From the NCBI GenBank assembly GCA_964456235.1, contig CAYWDX010000001.1, forward strand, positions 125,935-189,934: a stretch of 64,000 bases of DNA, in the 5' to 3' direction. The translations under genes were made by a program, and so were the position numbers. Source of the DNA: an uncultured Candidatus Saccharibacteria bacterium. GTDB taxonomy: Bacteria > Patescibacteriota > Minisyncoccia > UBA6257 > 2-01-FULL-56-20. This document shows, piece after piece, positions 41,997-51,307 of this stretch. Under the pieces are notes generated by a model that saw only the letters and a program-made list of their open reading frames with translations, ran no database searches and was not told the origin of the DNA. The stretch's first letter is position 1, and each line of letters opens with the position of its first letter.

Positions 41997-43469
41997 CTAT
42001 CGTACGAAGAGATAATCAGGATTGGTCACCTTTCCCGAAGCGAACTTGCCCAAATAAGTGCCGCTTGCGTCAAATATCTGGACGTTGTTGCTGGTATTAT
42101 CCGAAACATAGATCGTTCCATTTGCATCAACCGTCACGCCAGAGGTTCCCCTAAACTGTCCGGTACTCGTGCCATACGACCCGAATTTCATAAGGAAATT
42201 TCCACTCGAATCAAATTTCTGAACGCGATCCTGGTTACCGCTACCGCCGTCTGCGACATAAATATTGTTACCTGAATCGACGGCGAGGCCACGGATGTTA
42301 AGGAACTGTCCATCGCTCGAACCATATGAGCCGAACTGCGCGAGGTAGTTACCGCCAGAGTCAAACTTTTCAACCCGCAAATGTGAAATGTTCCCGCTGT
42401 CAACCGCATATACATTGCCACTTGAATCAACGCCGATGCCGGAAACACCGTTGAATTGGCCGTCGCCCGATCCTGAAGTGCCGAACTGAAGCACATAGTT
42501 TCCATTCGAATCGAATTTCTCTACCCGATGGTTCCCTCCATCGCCCGCATAGACATATCCATCGAGGCTAGTACCAATACCCAACTGGGACCCCCCTGCC
42601 GCGCTAAATTGGCCGTTCCCACTTCCTGACGACCCAGACTGGAGCAGATAGTTCCCATTTGAATCAAATTTCTGGATGCGGTGATTCCCTCCGTCTTGCA
42701 CCCAGATATTGCCGGTAGAATCCACCGTCACGCCCCACGCAAAGCTCAATTGGCCGTTCCCACTTCCTGAAGAACCGACGGTGGCGAGATAATTCCCGTT
42801 GTAATCAAATTTTTGGACGCGGCTAGCGCTGAAATCTGCGACCCACACGCACGGACCGCCGTTTGCGCATCCATAATCTTCCTTAATGAGCGTGAGTGAA
42901 GTGCCTTTCGCGTAGAGGAAAGGGATGGGACCGCCGCCGCCCGTTTCTTGTCCAGAGTATTTCACCGACTGTACATTTGCCGTAATTTCATAATTCGTCC
43001 CATCGGTCGCATAGGCGTAGTAAGAACCGGTCGAGGTCTGGTTTTTCGGGTCAACCGGGAGAAGTCCGATCGGTGAGCCGCCGGTCACTTTGGTGAGGTC
43101 AACTGGAATCCATCCCGTACCATCAACGTTGCGATAATTTTGCGAAGAAACACACCAGTAGGTTTGCCCAGCGGGAAGGGTAACCAAGCCGAGCGATGAA
43201 CAGGTGCTGGTCTGTGCACCGGAGAGCGTAGGATCGGGCACTGAAACGTAAATAGTGTTCGCGGCTCCCAGCGACGTGATGTTTTTGGCGAGCGGGAGGA
43301 CTGAATCCAGTTGGCTGATGTCAGCAATGCGCGTGCTGTCGTTCGCCTGGAGCGAAAGCTCGGACGGGTTGAGGAAATAAATGACGGTGAGCGCGCCAGC
43401 CGCGATGACCGCGATCACGATCAAAATTTCTGGCAACGTGAAACCGCGCCGGCGAATAATATTCTTCAT
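41997..43469 (-). CDS. Type IV pilin-like protein fused to a six-bladed NHL-repeat beta-propeller
   Basis: Prepilin motif MKNIIRRRG/FTLPEILIVIAVIA and a pilin-like head. Then six repeats ending (V/I)(Q/E)KFDxxGN(Y/F)L with GSxGSGxGQF spacers (NHL repeats). Confidence 0.85.
   Translation of the reverse strand: MKNIIRRRGFTLPEILIVIAVIAAGALTVIYFLNPSELSLQANDSTRIADISQLDSVLPLAKNITSLGAANTIYVSVPDPTLSGAQTSTCSSLGLVTLPAGQTYWCVSSQNYRNVDGTGWIPVDLTKVTGGSPIGLLPVDPKNQTSTGSYYAYATDGTNYEITANVQSVKYSGQETGGGGPIPFLYAKGTSLTLIKEDYGCANGGPCVWVADFSASRVQKFDYNGNYLATVGSSGSGNGQLSFAWGVTVDSTGNIWVQDGGNHRIQKFDSNGNYLLQSGSSGSGNGQFSAAGGSQLGIGTSLDGYVYAGDGGNHRVEKFDSNGNYVLQFGTSGSGDGQFNGVSGIGVDSSGNVYAVDSGNISHLRVEKFDSGGNYLAQFGSYGSSDGQFLNIRGLAVDSGNNIYVADGGSGNQDRVQKFDSSGNFLMKFGSYGTSTGQFRGTSGVTVDANGTIYVSDNTSNNVQIFDASGTYLGKFASGKVTNPDYLFVR
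42000..42857 (-). repeat. Six tandem, diverged ~135-150 nt coding repeats (NHL blades)
   Basis: The peptide periodicity VQKFDYNGNYL / IQKFDSNGNYL / VEKFDSNGNYV / VEKFDSGGNYL / VQKFDSSGNFL / VQIFDASGTYL is mirrored at DNA level (for example the recurring ccattcgaatcgaatttct / cccatttgaatcaaatttct strings). Confidence 0.75.
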
Positions 43470-43527
43470 GAATAAATTATACCATACGATGCCGCGCAGG
43501 CGCGGCTACGACTTGAATGTAACGTTG

Positions 43528-44298
43528 CTATTTCAACGCCGCATCAATCACCTGCGCGAAATCGGCGTAGGGTTGCGCGCCGAGAACCGATGTTCCATTC
43601 ACGAAAAACGATGGCGTAGAATTGATTCCTGCTGCGGTGGCAGCCGCTCTCTCCTGTGCGACGAGCGACGCATTTTTATTCGTGTCGACACAGCTCGTGA
43701 AGGTCGTCATATTCAATCCCAAACCCTGGGCGAGCTTTACGAAGAGCGCCCGGTTATAGAAACCGTCGTTTTCCCCGCCCCCCTTCTGTTCATCACCCAC
43801 CTTGGCGGCGTAGAGCGCGTCGTGATATGGCCACAACTTGCCCTGATCGTTTGCGCATTCTGCTGCCTGCGCCGCCGCCGTTGATTCCGGCCCCAGGAAC
43901 GGGAAATTGCGGAACACTATTTTCACTTTTCCGCTGTTCACGTAATTCGCGATGATCTGCGGCTCCGTTTGCGAAAAGAATTGCGCGCAGAACGGGCACT
44001 GGTAATCGCCGTATTCGATGATCGTGACCGGCGCATTTTGTGCTCCGAGAATGGCGTCGCGCGCGCCGAGTTTCATGATCGCCTCGTTCGTTGCAAGAGC
44101 GCCCGCGCCTGCGCCGTTGCCGCCGCTGGGCGTCACGTTCGGGCGATACATCGTAGAAAAAACGAGCGCTCCGCCGATCACGGCGGCGGCAACTAAAACA
44201 CTGATAGCGAGAAAACGGTCGCGGGGCGCCTCGATCGGATGCGCCGGGTGCGAAGGCATCACCGGACCCATATTTTCGTGATTCCGCATTTCGTCCAT
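43528..44298 (-). CDS. DsbA-family thiol:disulfide oxidoreductase, membrane-anchored
   Basis: TM anchor FLAISVLVAAAVIGGALVF and active site YGDYQCPFCAQF. Start moved to the internal ATG (MDEMRNHE...) to avoid overlap with the divergent dedA. Confidence 0.85.
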   Translation of the reverse strand: MDEMRNHENMGPVMPSHPAHPIEAPRDRFLAISVLVAAAVIGGALVFSTMYRPNVTPSGGNGAGAGALATNEAIMKLGARDAILGAQNAPVTIIEYGDYQCPFCAQFFSQTEPQIIANYVNSGKVKIVFRNFPFLGPESTAAAQAAECANDQGKLWPYHDALYAAKVGDEQKGGGENDGFYNRALFVKLAQGLGLNMTTFTSCVDTNKNASLVAQERAAATAAGINSTPSFFVNGTSVLGAQPYADFAQVIDAALK

Positions 44299-44341
44299 GA
44301 AACCAGCATAGCACACCGGCGCTGTTCTATAATGAAAGGCA

Positions 44342-44932
44342 ATGCCGATCGCAACTTCCCTTGCCCATTGGCTCATAACGTATCGTTACCCGATCGCCTA
44401 CCCTCTCGCGATCGCGGAGGGGCCGGTCCTTATGATGATCGCGGGCTTCCTCGTGCGCACCGGCTTTCTCGATTTTTGGCCGATCTATTTTATTTTGATG
44501 GCGGGCGATCTCACCGGCGACATCGTGTGGTACAAAATCGGGCAGCATGGGGCGCGTCGATTCATCGACCGGTTTGGAAAATTTTTCAGCGTTTCCGAAG
44601 CCCACGTACTCCGCGCGGAAAAATTTTTCCAAGAGCATCAAACAAAAATTCTTTTTGTCTCAAAAATTACGATGGGCCTGGGATTTGCGCTCGCGACATT
44701 GATGGCCGCCGGCGCCGCGCGCGTTCCCTTCAAAAAATATATGATCGTGAACGCGCTCGGCCAGTTCATTTGGACGGGCATTCTCATGGCGATCGGCTTT
44801 TTCCTCGGCAATCTCTACACGCTCGTCGATAAAAGCCTGCGTTGGGGCTTCGTCACGGCCATCATCATCATGTTTGCGCTCATGATGATGGGATTTGCGA
44901 AGTACGTGCGGAAACGGGTGTCGGAGATGTAA
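44342..44932 (+). CDS. DedA-family (VTT/SNARE-associated domain) membrane protein
   Basis: 196 aa, multi-TM, with the DedA pattern AEGPVLMMIAGFL...GDLTGDIVWY.IG..G. Confidence 0.8.
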   Translation: MPIATSLAHWLITYRYPIAYPLAIAEGPVLMMIAGFLVRTGFLDFWPIYFILMAGDLTGDIVWYKIGQHGARRFIDRFGKFFSVSEAHVLRAEKFFQEHQTKILFVSKITMGLGFALATLMAAGAARVPFKKYMIVNALGQFIWTGILMAIGFFLGNLYTLVDKSLRWGFVTAIIIMFALMMMGFAKYVRKRVSEM

Positions 44933-44941
44933 AATAGAGGC

Positions 44942-46537
44942 ATGACGTTGTCTATCGTGATCCCTACGCTGAACGAAGCGTCGGGCATCGAGCGCCTCCT
45001 CGCGCAAATAAAAAATAAGCTTACCGAGATCGATTATGAGTTGATCGTCACCGACGACGGCTCGACCGACGGCACGGTCGGCATCGCGAAGCGCTACGCG
45101 AAAGTGATTTCTGAACCGAACCCGAATCGCACGATCGGCACGAACCGCAATAAGGGGGCTCGCCACGCGAAGGGCGAGTTTTTGGTTTTTATTGACGCCG
45201 ACATGTTCGTCCCCGAGCCGAATCATTTTTTCAAAGTGCTCCTTGATGAATTTCGCCGCGATCCGCAGCTCCTCGCTCAAACCGTAAATATTAAAGTGTA
45301 TCCCGACGAGGCGACGCGCGCGGACGACCTCTTCCTCGGCATCAGCAACCTCACGATGCGGTTCATGAACAATGCTCTCCGCATCGGCGCCTCGTCGGGC
45401 GAATTTCAAATCGTGCGGCGTTCGGCATTTGAACAAGTCGGCGGCTTCCGCGAACATCTCGTGGTCGCTGAAGATCAAGACCTCTTCCGGCGCCTCGCGA
45501 AAATCGGGCATACGCGCTTTGAGCATGGGCTCGAGGCGTGGAATGACGGGCGGCGCCCGCACACGGTTGGCTGGCTGCGGCTTTTCGCCCAATGGATTCG
45601 CAACTCAATCTCGTTGAGTTTCTGGGGCCGTTCCTACGACAAGACTTGGCATGAAGTGCGCTATTGGAAAATGAGTTTTGTGATCCCCGCCTACAATGAA
45701 GAGCATTACCTCGCCGATTGCCTGAAGGCGATCATGCGGCAAAAAGAAAAAACTTCCTACGAGATCGAGGTGATCGTGGTGAATAATGCTTCGACCGATC
45801 GCACCAGAGAAGTAGCGAAAGGATTTGCCGGCGTGAAAGTCGTTGACGAACCAAAAAAAGGGATCGTGTATGCGCGGCGCGCCGGTTTTCTCGCAGCGAC
45901 GGGCGATCTTATCGCGAATATCGATTCCGATTCGCGCCTCACGCCTGGTTGGATCAATAAAGTGGTGCAGGCGTTCGCGCGGGATGAAAAATTAGTTGCG
46001 ATTTCGGGCCCGTTCATCTATTACGACGCGCCGCGTTCGGTACGCATGGTTACACGCATGTTTTATGGCATCGGCTACCTCTTCTATTTCATCAACCGTT
46101 TCATACTACACACCGGATCCATGCTCCAGGGCGGAAATTTTGTCGTCAAAAAAACGGCGATCGACGCCATCGGCGGCTATGACACGTCAATCAGTTTTTA
46201 TGGAGAGGACACCGACCTCGCGCGACGCTTGAATAAAATCGGCCGCGTGCGATTTACCTTTAACCTGCCAATGTACTCTTCGAGCCGACGTCTCGCGAAG
46301 GAGGGCGCCTTCACGATCGGCCTCCGCTACGCCATGAATTATTTTTGGACGACTTTTTTCGGAAGGCCGTTCACGCACGCCTACATTGATATCCGCCCGG
46401 GCGAATCAAAACGCGGCGCCTCACTTTCCTTTACGCCGAACGAGGGGTGGAAGGAATGGGTGATCGGCGTAACCGCCCTCGTCCTTTTCGTCGCGATCAT
46501 TATTGGTCTTGCATACGCAATCTATTATTTCGCCTAG
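44942..46537 (+). CDS. Tandem double GT2-family glycosyltransferase with a C-terminal TM anchor
   Basis: Two GT-A modules: LSIVIPTLNE...TDDGSTDGT...DAD and MSFVIPAYNE...VNNASTDRT...DSD. TM helix at the C-terminus. Confidence 0.85.
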   Translation: MTLSIVIPTLNEASGIERLLAQIKNKLTEIDYELIVTDDGSTDGTVGIAKRYAKVISEPNPNRTIGTNRNKGARHAKGEFLVFIDADMFVPEPNHFFKVLLDEFRRDPQLLAQTVNIKVYPDEATRADDLFLGISNLTMRFMNNALRIGASSGEFQIVRRSAFEQVGGFREHLVVAEDQDLFRRLAKIGHTRFEHGLEAWNDGRRPHTVGWLRLFAQWIRNSISLSFWGRSYDKTWHEVRYWKMSFVIPAYNEEHYLADCLKAIMRQKEKTSYEIEVIVVNNASTDRTREVAKGFAGVKVVDEPKKGIVYARRAGFLAATGDLIANIDSDSRLTPGWINKVVQAFARDEKLVAISGPFIYYDAPRSVRMVTRMFYGIGYLFYFINRFILHTGSMLQGGNFVVKKTAIDAIGGYDTSISFYGEDTDLARRLNKIGRVRFTFNLPMYSSSRRLAKEGAFTIGLRYAMNYFWTTFFGRPFTHAYIDIRPGESKRGASLSFTPNEGWKEWVIGVTALVLFVAIIIGLAYAIYYFA

Positions 46538-46557
46538 TATTGTGATACAAGAAGATC

Positions 46558-47946
46558 ATGTCTGCCCGCAGTAAGGCGATCGTTTTCCTTCTTTTTCTCG
46601 GGGATGTCGTCGCGCTGTATGCGTGCCTTTTCCTTACGCTCTATGTGCGTTACGGCGGCGCATTTTACGATGCGTTCCTTGATGCGCACGTGCTGCCATT
46701 CTCGATCGTTTTTATACCGTGGCTGCTCATATTTTATATCGCAGGCCTCTATGACCTCCGCCGCCTCCGCAATAATCTCGATTTTTTTAAAACGTTAGCG
46801 CTCTCGCTCGGCACAAACGCGATCGTTGCCGTGCTCGTATTCTATCTCGTACCCGCGTTCGGCATCGCGCCCAAAACCAATCTTTTTATTTTCATTTTGA
46901 TTTTTGCCGTTATCGAATTGTTCTGGCGGCGCTTATGGAACCGGATGACGGAGTCGGCGGAGGCGCCGAATCGGGTGTTGCTCGTGGGGAATGGGAAAAC
47001 GACGGAAGAAATTCTTGAAACGCTCGCCGGCAATCCACAGTTCGGCTACACGATCGCCGCGCGCATTTCGGAAGATAAAGCCGATGAAAATCCCTCGGCT
47101 CTCGCGCGCATCGTGCGTGAGGCGAGCGCGAACCTCGTTGTTGTGCCGCGCGAGTTAAAACGGAAGGATACGCTCGCCCCGGCGCTCTATCAACTTTTTG
47201 GCGCCGGCACGATCATTCTCGACCTCGATACATTTTACGAAATTGTGATGCGCAAAGTGCCGCTGGGCGACGTGCGCGAAGCTTGGTTTTTGGAAAACAT
47301 CGAAGGCTCGGCGCGCTTTTACGATCCTTTCAAGCGCGCGGTGGAATTTTTATTGGCGCTCGTGACTGGCATCGTGCTCTTGCCGATCGAGATTTTGATC
47401 GCGCTCCTCGTGGCGGCCACCTCGCGCGGGCCGATCTTCATTCGGCAGGCGCGCGTCGGCGCGCTCGGCCGCAATTTCACGCTCATCAAATTCCGCAGCA
47501 TGGTGGCGCTCGCGCCGGACGGCCAGGCCGAAGCGAATGGCGCCCAGTGGGCCGCGAAAAACGACCGCCGCATAACGCCCGTGGGGCGGCTTCTCCGCGC
47601 GAGCCACCTTGACGAGCTCCCGCAGCTCTGGAACATCGTCCGCGGGCATACTTCATTTGTAGGCCCGCGCCCGGAACGCCCAGAATTCGTTGAGAAGTTA
47701 AAGCGCGAGATCCCCTTCTACGAGGTCCGGCTCTTGGTGAAGCCGGGCGTGACCGGGTGGGCGCAGATCAATTATCCAGCCGACGAGACGCTCGACGACG
47801 TGCGCCAAAAACTCCAGTATGATATTTACTACTTAAAAAACCGCTCGCCGATTCTTGACCTCGCGATCATTTTGAAAACGCTCAAATCGTTTTTCATTAA
47901 TCCGCAGCGGGAGAAAAAACTGGTGCAGCCGGCGAACCAATCCTAG
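46558..47946 (+). CDS. Polyprenyl-phosphate hexose-1-phosphate transferase (WbaP/EpsB-type priming sugar transferase)
   Basis: Four to five N-terminal TM helices and the C-terminal bacterial sugar transferase domain (PIFIRQ.RVG..G..F...KFRSM, DELPQLWNI..G..S.VGPRP, KPGVTGWAQI). Confidence 0.9.
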   Translation: MSARSKAIVFLLFLGDVVALYACLFLTLYVRYGGAFYDAFLDAHVLPFSIVFIPWLLIFYIAGLYDLRRLRNNLDFFKTLALSLGTNAIVAVLVFYLVPAFGIAPKTNLFIFILIFAVIELFWRRLWNRMTESAEAPNRVLLVGNGKTTEEILETLAGNPQFGYTIAARISEDKADENPSALARIVREASANLVVVPRELKRKDTLAPALYQLFGAGTIILDLDTFYEIVMRKVPLGDVREAWFLENIEGSARFYDPFKRAVEFLLALVTGIVLLPIEILIALLVAATSRGPIFIRQARVGALGRNFTLIKFRSMVALAPDGQAEANGAQWAAKNDRRITPVGRLLRASHLDELPQLWNIVRGHTSFVGPRPERPEFVEKLKREIPFYEVRLLVKPGVTGWAQINYPADETLDDVRQKLQYDIYYLKNRSPILDLAIILKTLKSFFINPQREKKLVQPANQS

Positions 47947-47965
47947 GGTCGCTATAATAAAAGGA

Positions 47966-48907
47966 ATGAAAATTATCGTGACGGGCGGAGCGGGATTCAT
48001 CGGTTCGCATGTGGTTGACGCGTATGTGAAAGCCGGGCACCGCGTGGCGGTGATCGATAACTTACTGACCGGCTTCCGCAAGAATTTGAATCCGCGCGCA
48101 ACGTTTTACAAAGCGGACATCACCGACCGCCATGCGATGAGCCGCATTTTCAAAAAAGAGCGGCCGGAAATCGTGAACCACCACGCGGCGATCGCCGAGG
48201 TCGTGAAGTCCCTGCGCGACCCGATCCCCACGCTCACGACGAATGTGCTCGGCACTACGAACGTGCTCTTGGCGTTCGGCGAATACGGGCGCGGGCACGG
48301 CAACCATGGGAACCCAGGGCGCAGTAAATTTATTTTTTCTTCGACCGGCGGCGCCATGTATGGCGACCCGAAGCGCTTGCCTGCAGATGAACGCGAAAAA
48401 ACGATCACACTTTCCCCGTATGGCCTTTCAAAACAGCTCGGCGAAGAAACGATAAAATTTTATGCCCGCCATTACGGGTTCAATTATTTCATTTTCCGTT
48501 ATGCGAACGTGTTCGGCCCGCGCCAGAATCCGAAAGGCGAGGCCGGCGTAATCGCCATATTTGGCGGGCTCATCAAGGCGGGTAAGCGGCCGATCATTTT
48601 TGGCGACGGCACGAAGGCGCGCGATTATGTCTATGTTGATGACGTGGCGCATGCGAACCTCCTCGCGCTCCGGCGCGGGAATGGCGAAACGGTGAATATC
48701 GGGCGCGGGAAATTGACGAGTGATCGAGAAATTTTTGACGCGGTTGCCGCGGAACTGGAATTCCGTGAGAAGCCGATCCATGCGCCGTATCGCACCGGCG
48801 AGCTCTATAAGATCAGCTTGAATGCGCAGAAGGCGCGGCGCGTGCTCGGATGGAAACCGAAGATGCCATTCAAGCTCGGCGTGCGGAAGGCGCTGAAAAA
48901 TTTGTAA
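47966..48907 (+). CDS. NAD-dependent nucleotide-sugar epimerase/dehydratase (GalE-like SDR)
   Basis: VTGGAGFIGSH Rossmann motif and YGLSK catalytic YxxxK. Confidence 0.88.
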   Translation: MKIIVTGGAGFIGSHVVDAYVKAGHRVAVIDNLLTGFRKNLNPRATFYKADITDRHAMSRIFKKERPEIVNHHAAIAEVVKSLRDPIPTLTTNVLGTTNVLLAFGEYGRGHGNHGNPGRSKFIFSSTGGAMYGDPKRLPADEREKTITLSPYGLSKQLGEETIKFYARHYGFNYFIFRYANVFGPRQNPKGEAGVIAIFGGLIKAGKRPIIFGDGTKARDYVYVDDVAHANLLALRRGNGETVNIGRGKLTSDREIFDAVAAELEFREKPIHAPYRTGELYKISLNAQKARRVLGWKPKMPFKLGVRKALKNL

Positions 48908-48910
48908 CGC

Positions 48911-50383
48911 ATGTTCAAACGAATACGATCGTTTTTGTTTGAAAATAAAACGGCGAAACAGACCGTCGCAAAAAATACGTTCTGGCTTTCGGTAACGAAC
49001 TTTGGCGGCCGCGCGGTGAAATCGATCATCGTCCTCTACGCCGCCCGCGTTTTGAACACGGCGGGCTACGGCGTATTTTCCTACGCGGTCACGCTCGCCG
49101 GTTTTTTCACGCTCTTCCTCGACCCCGGCGTGAACGCGATGGTGATGCGCGAAGTGCCGAAAGGCGACGAAGCAGAAAAGCGGTCGTTCCTCTCGACGAC
49201 GTTTGTCATCAAACTGATCCTCCTCGGCGTCGGCATCCCCTTCGTGCTACTGGTGGCGCCGCTCTTCAGCACGCTCCCGGGCGCGCCCGAACTGTTGCCG
49301 CTGGTCGCGCTCCTCGTGAGTTTTGACACCATCCGCGAGCTCTTCTCGGCCTTCATGCGCGCCCGGGAGCGGATGGAATGGGAGACCGCGAGCTTTATTA
49401 CGACGAACGTCGTCATTGTCCTTGCTGGCCTTTACTACCTTTCCATCTCCGCCACGCCTGCGGCGTTTGCCTGGGCCTATATCACCGGCACCGTCTGCGG
49501 GACGCTCGTTTCCATCGTCTTCCTCCGGGACTATCTCGGTGATCTTTTCTCCCGTTTTTCTAAAAAACTGGTTGGCCCTATCGTGCGCTCCGCGTGGCCG
49601 TTTGCAATCACGAGCGCCCTCGGCGCCCTGCTCACGAGCGCGGACGTCATCATCATCAGCTGGCTGCGGAGCGCATCCGACGTCGGCATTTATTCTGCGG
49701 CGGTGCGCATCGTGCAGGTGCTCTATTTGGTCCCCACCATTTTCCAATTCAGCACGCTGCCGCTCATCGCCCAGCTCGCGAATAAAGACAATGAGCGGTT
49801 GCGGAGCGTATTCGAACGGACGCTCGGCATGATTTTCCTCACGTCAGTCCCGCTCGCGATCGGCGGCATCATTCTTGCAAAACCGATCATGTCGCTCGTT
49901 TTCGGACCGCCCTACGTGCCCGGCGCGCCATCCTTCCAGGTCCTCATGCTCACGCTGTTCTTCGATTTCCCGCTCACGGTGATCAGCACCGCGATCTTCG
50001 CCTATAACCGGCAAAAAAATCTTATCGTTTCCGCTTCGATCGCCGGCGGGCTGAACGTAATTCTTGATTTACTCCTCATCCCGCCGTTCGGCATCACGGG
50101 TTCGGCGTTCGCAACGCTCATTGCGCAGGCAGCCACCAATTGGTACCTGTGGTCCGTCATGAAAAAAATAAATTATTTTGAAGTGTTGTCGAAACTCGGG
50201 AAAATTACGGCGGCAGGAATCGGGATGGGCGCCGTCACCCTCGCGCTTTATTTCGCCCACATCCATGCCGCTTTCAACATCGGCATTTCCGCGCTGGCTT
50301 ACTTCGCGTTTTTGAAATTATTCAACGAACCCTTGATGCAGGAGGTGCTGGTCACGCTCCACCTTACGAAAGCGACCGTTTAA
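48911..50383 (+). CDS. Wzx-type polysaccharide/oligosaccharide flippase (MOP superfamily)
   Basis: 490 aa with about 12-14 TM helices. N-terminal KNTFWLSVTNFGGRAVKSIIVLYAARVL is typical of polysaccharide biosynthesis (Wzx) proteins. Confidence 0.85.
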   Translation: MFKRIRSFLFENKTAKQTVAKNTFWLSVTNFGGRAVKSIIVLYAARVLNTAGYGVFSYAVTLAGFFTLFLDPGVNAMVMREVPKGDEAEKRSFLSTTFVIKLILLGVGIPFVLLVAPLFSTLPGAPELLPLVALLVSFDTIRELFSAFMRARERMEWETASFITTNVVIVLAGLYYLSISATPAAFAWAYITGTVCGTLVSIVFLRDYLGDLFSRFSKKLVGPIVRSAWPFAITSALGALLTSADVIIISWLRSASDVGIYSAAVRIVQVLYLVPTIFQFSTLPLIAQLANKDNERLRSVFERTLGMIFLTSVPLAIGGIILAKPIMSLVFGPPYVPGAPSFQVLMLTLFFDFPLTVISTAIFAYNRQKNLIVSASIAGGLNVILDLLLIPPFGITGSAFATLIAQAATNWYLWSVMKKINYFEVLSKLGKITAAGIGMGAVTLALYFAHIHAAFNIGISALAYFAFLKLFNEPLMQEVLVTLHLTKATV

Positions 50384-51197
50384 GGCTCGAAAGAAATCGG
50401 TGCAATCTCCGCTGCGCGCCAAGCGGCAGGAACGAATACAGTTGCTGCGCCCGCGCGACCAGATAGGCCTTTCCGTAACCCGGGTACTCATGGCGATGCA
50501 GCTGCACGGTTCGCAAAATTTCTTCTGACTGCGAGCGTTTAAAAATGAACGTTTTGCTTTCTTCGGTCAGCCGGTAACGGATAAAATATTCCGGAAAATT
50601 ATAGAACGTGCCTCGGTTCCCCATCTTGAGCCACAAATCCCAGTCCTCGGCATTTTTGAACGGCCCGTACCCGCCAACGTCAAGCGCGAGCTTGCGCCGG
50701 AAGAGCACTGTCGAATGCGTGAAAGGGTTTGCGAGAAGCGCCCGCGCCCGAATGGTCGCGTCGTTCTCCGATTTCAAATAGCGGAATTTTTCTTGGTCGT
50801 GTTCGTCAACAACGATCACGCCGCCTCCGACGACAACGCAATCCGGGTGTGCATCCAAATAGGCGACCTGTTTTTTTAGTTTATCGCGATCACTCCACGT
50901 ATCATCATCGTCGAGGCGCGCGGCATATTCGCCGCGGGCCGCGCGCAATCCTTCATTCAACGTCCCCGAAATATCGGGATAATTATTTTTTTCATGATGG
51001 ACCGGGCGCACGCGGTGGTCGCTTTTCGCCAATGCATCGAGATACGCCCGCGTCCCGTCAGTCGAGGCGTCGTTAATTGCGATCAATTCCCAGTCATGGA
51101 ACGACTGCGCCGCAATGCTCTCCACCGCGCGTTTCAGCGTCGCCACGCGATTGAATGTCGGGAGAATGATGCTCACCCGCGGATCCCCGTTTTGCAT
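50364..51197 (-). CDS. GT2-family glycosyltransferase
   Basis: VSIILPTFNR...INDASTDGT...LDDDD, a GT-A DxD architecture. Confidence 0.85.
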   Translation of the reverse strand: MQNGDPRVSIILPTFNRVATLKRAVESIAAQSFHDWELIAINDASTDGTRAYLDALAKSDHRVRPVHHEKNNYPDISGTLNEGLRAARGEYAARLDDDDTWSDRDKLKKQVAYLDAHPDCVVVGGGVIVVDEHDQEKFRYLKSENDATIRARALLANPFTHSTVLFRRKLALDVGGYGPFKNAEDWDLWLKMGNRGTFYNFPEYFIRYRLTEESKTFIFKRSQSEEILRTVQLHRHEYPGYGKAYLVARAQQLYSFLPLGAQRRLHRFLSSLKRSLS

Positions 51198-51307
51198 CCC
51201 ACTATTATATACTCGGAACGCCGGGATTATATACTCCGGCCGAAAGATCGAAACGCCGAAAAGGCTATGAAGATCGGTTTTTTTGTGCTAGAGTAGCCTC
51301 GTAAAAC

